IMG/VR virus record: IMGVR_UViG_3300046490_000097
Location: 1-35,448 of that record
Strand: one strand, 5' to 3'
Length of the DNA stretch: 35,448 bases
DNA from: a virus
Taxonomy: Duplodnaviria; Caudoviricetes
The notes under the pieces: model-generated
Database searches by the model: none
Told to the model about the DNA's origin: nothing
The model's input: only the letters and a program-made list of their open reading frames with translations
Program-made: the position numbers and the translations under genes
In this document: in pieces, positions 33,241 to 35,448 of the stretch
How the letters are laid out: every line of letters starts with the position of its first letter
Numbering within the stretch: the first letter of the stretch is position 1

Positions 33241-34256
33241 TGGCCGCCACGGCCGAGTACCTGTCCGTCGTCCAGCGGACGCCCGAGTGGATCGAGGCGC
33301 GACAGCACGGCATCGGCGCCAGCGAGGCCGCCGCGGCCTGCGGGCTATCGCCGTGGGAGTCGCCCTACTCGCTGTGGGCCCGCAAGTGCGGCCTCGTGCC
33401 GCCCATCGACACGACGCTCGCGATGGAGATCGGCACGCTGACCGAGCCGCTCAACGCGGCCCGCTACGCCGATGCGGTCGGGATGCCGGTCCGCCGGGTC
33501 AACCGCCTCATGCGCTCCAAGTCCCGCCCGTTCGCGCTCGCGAGCCTCGACCGCCGCCGCGCCGACGGCCGTCTCGTTGAGCTCAAGTGGAGCGAGCGCG
33601 CCGACGGCTACGGCGACCCCGGGACCGACGAGGTCCCCGAGGCCGTGGCCTGCCAGGTCACGCACCAGATGTTCGTGGCCGGCGCGGACTGCGCCGACGT
33701 GTCGCTGCTCACCGGGGCGAGGGACGCCATCCGCGTCTACACCGTCCGCTGGGACGCCGAGTTCGCGGACGCGATGCTCGAGCGCGAGGCCCGCCTCTGG
33801 GGCCATGTCGAGGACCGCACCGAGCCTGAGCTCGACGGCAGCGCCGCCACGCTCCGGGCGCTGTCCGAGCGCTACCCCGCCGCCGAGCTCGAGGAGGTCG
33901 AGTCGGCCGACCCGGACGTGGCCGAGGCGCTGCGGGCCGTCCTCGACGTGCGGGAGGCCATCGCTCGCCACCAGTCCACCGAGAAGACGCTGCGGGTGGT
34001 CCTAGAGGCCGCGCAGGGGGCGGCGGGGCTGCTGACGGTCCCTGGCGTCGGGTCCGTGAGGTGGGCCGGCTGGGTCAAGGGGTCCACCAAGTGGAAGGAC
34101 GCCGCCGCGGCGCTGTGGGGCGAGATCGCCGCCGCCGAGTCGATGGAGATGGCGGCCAAGTCGCTGCCGGAGTTCGCAGAGCAGTTCCGCGGAGAGGGTC
34201 GCCGGGGCGACTGGGAGCCGCGCCGCGTGAAGGTCGAGGAGGGATCGAATGTCTAG
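33240..34256 (+). CDS. YqaJ/lambda-exonuclease-like recombination nuclease
   Basis: EWIEARQHGIGASEAAA..GLSPWES...ASLDR...LVELK. Confidence 0.92.
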   Translation: MAATAEYLSVVQRTPEWIEARQHGIGASEAAAACGLSPWESPYSLWARKCGLVPPIDTTLAMEIGTLTEPLNAARYADAVGMPVRRVNRLMRSKSRPFALASLDRRRADGRLVELKWSERADGYGDPGTDEVPEAVACQVTHQMFVAGADCADVSLLTGARDAIRVYTVRWDAEFADAMLEREARLWGHVEDRTEPELDGSAATLRALSERYPAAELEEVESADPDVAEALRAVLDVREAIARHQSTEKTLRVVLEAAQGAAGLLTVPGVGSVRWAGWVKGSTKWKDAAAALWGEIAAAESMEMAAKSLPEFAEQFRGEGRRGDWEPRRVKVEEGSNV

Positions 34257-35289
34257 CACCGCGCTCGCCGTCGTCGAGCAGAGCCAGGTCGCCCGCGAGC
34301 TCGGGGGGCTCACCAAGCAGCTCCTCTCGCTGCTCCCGGGCCCCGAGGCGGTCCGCCGGTTCCAGCGGGTCACCGTCCAGGCGCTCGTCAAGAACCCGGA
34401 CCTGCTCGACTGCACCCCGGACTCGGTCGTGCAGTCCGTCATGGAGGCCGCCGCGATGGGCCTCGAGCCGACCGGCTCGACGGGCGGGGCGTACCTCGTC
34501 CCGCGCAACGTCAACGTCGGCACCAAGGACCGGCCCAAGTACGAGAAGCAAGCCCAGCTCATCCCCGACTACCGCGGCGTCTCCAAGATGGTGACCCGGA
34601 CCCGGATGGACGGCTCGCCCTCGGACGTGGCGAAGGTCGAGTGGCGCGTCGTCAAGGAGGGCGACGAGTTCGCCTGGACCGAGGGCACCGCCCCGACCCT
34701 GACGCACGTACCGGCGCTGGCCCCGGACCGCTCCGCGAAGCCGACCACCCACGTCTACGCGGTCGGCACCCTGCGCTCGGGAGAGACGCTGTTCGACGTC
34801 ATGGACCACGCGGCCGTCGAGCGCATCCGCAAGCGCGGCAAGCCCAAGGCGTTCAGCCCGTGGGACAGCGACTGGGACGAGATGGCGAAGGCCAGGGTGG
34901 TCAAGCGCCTGTGCAAGATGCTACCGGTCGAGCCCGTCGTGCTCGCCATCATCAACCGCGAGGACGAGCAGGCCGGCGAGTCCGCCGATGCGCCCGACGT
35001 GCCGGTGGAGGTCACGGGCAGCCGGACGCGCCAGCTCGCGGCGAAGCTCCGCCAGGAGCCCGTCCAGGACGCCCCCAGCGCCCAGCCCGAGCCCGAGGCG
35101 GCGCCCGTCGCCCCGGAGCCCGTCGAGGAGGCCGTGGCGGTCGCCCTGTGCCCCGCCAGGAGCGACGAGAAGCTCGGCGCCGTCGAGGACTGCAGCCTGC
35201 CCGCCGGGCACGAGTCGCGCCCCGGCCCGAAGCGCCACCAGTCGGCCGCCGGGACGGTCTGGCCGGTCGCGAAGGCGGCAGCGTCGTGA
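34249..35289 (+). CDS. recT: RecT-family ssDNA annealing protein
   Basis: NPDLLDCTPDSV...AAAMGLEP...AYLVP...AQLIPDYRG...SPWDSDWDEMAK..V.KRL.K.LP. Confidence 0.92.
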   Translation: MSSTALAVVEQSQVARELGGLTKQLLSLLPGPEAVRRFQRVTVQALVKNPDLLDCTPDSVVQSVMEAAAMGLEPTGSTGGAYLVPRNVNVGTKDRPKYEKQAQLIPDYRGVSKMVTRTRMDGSPSDVAKVEWRVVKEGDEFAWTEGTAPTLTHVPALAPDRSAKPTTHVYAVGTLRSGETLFDVMDHAAVERIRKRGKPKAFSPWDSDWDEMAKARVVKRLCKMLPVEPVVLAIINREDEQAGESADAPDVPVEVTGSRTRQLAAKLRQEPVQDAPSAQPEPEAAPVAPEPVEEAVAVALCPARSDEKLGAVEDCSLPAGHESRPGPKRHQSAAGTVWPVAKAAAS

Positions 35290-35448
35290 GCACCATCGAG
35301 GTCCGCTCGCAGCAGGAGCTGGACGCCGCGCTCGACAGCGCGGGCGCCTACGACGTAATCGCCATCGTCGGGGGCTCGTGGCTCGAGTTGTCGAGGCGCC
35401 CCAAGAACGACACCGCGTCGGTCACGGCCTCCGACTCCGCGTCGGTCA
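35286..35448 (+). CDS. N-terminal part of the octapeptide-repeat protein (continues at window start)
   Basis: GTGA overlap with recT; MSTIEVRSQQELDAALD...NDTASVTASDSASV is open to the end of the window. Confidence 0.85.
   Translation, partial: MSTIEVRSQQELDAALDSAGAYDVIAIVGGSWLELSRRPKNDTASVTASDSASV

Larger units (their letters stand above)
1..35448. mobile_element. Temperate siphovirus-type phage genome, apparently complete circular (excised) form
   Basis: Packaging, head, tail, lysis, integration, immunity, recombination and replication modules are all present. attP is intact. The end of the window joins the start within the same repeat-encoding reading frame. Confidence 0.93.

Overview
The window reads as an essentially complete, circularly permuted, very GC-rich temperate siphophage genome. 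The last ORF (35286..35448) continues in frame into the 24-nt repeat ORF at the start of the window. Reading round the circle, a divergent repressor/Cro switch (about 32.0-32.6 kb) leads into the early operon: YqaJ/RecT recombination, a repeat protein, a metallopeptidase, ASCH, a replication initiator with an internal origin, an HNH, a modular accessory array, two LuxR HTH genes, xis, a ParB-like gene and a tyrosine integrase. These are followed by attP (3' half of tRNA-His), the lysis cassette, HNH/terminase/portal/scaffold/capsid, a fibre-like insert, and head-tail and tail genes. A GT87-like glycosyltransferase is coupled to the repressor on the minus strand. There are two main unexplained signals. 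(1) At 3991-6246, five small genes are built from shared short DNA joints (start motif encoding SPDPRPLT, linker encoding AERA, end/RBS motif encoding EAP) around unrelated variable segments, one an exact 82-bp copy from a neighbouring gene. This looks like a recombination-driven domain-shuffling array. (2) An unrecognised domain of about 70-90 aa occurs in the papain-like lysin and twice in the tail-tip protein. All product names come from motif recognition and gene order, not database searches. The host is not determined; a high-GC monoderm (Actinomycetota or Chloroflexota) is an inference.
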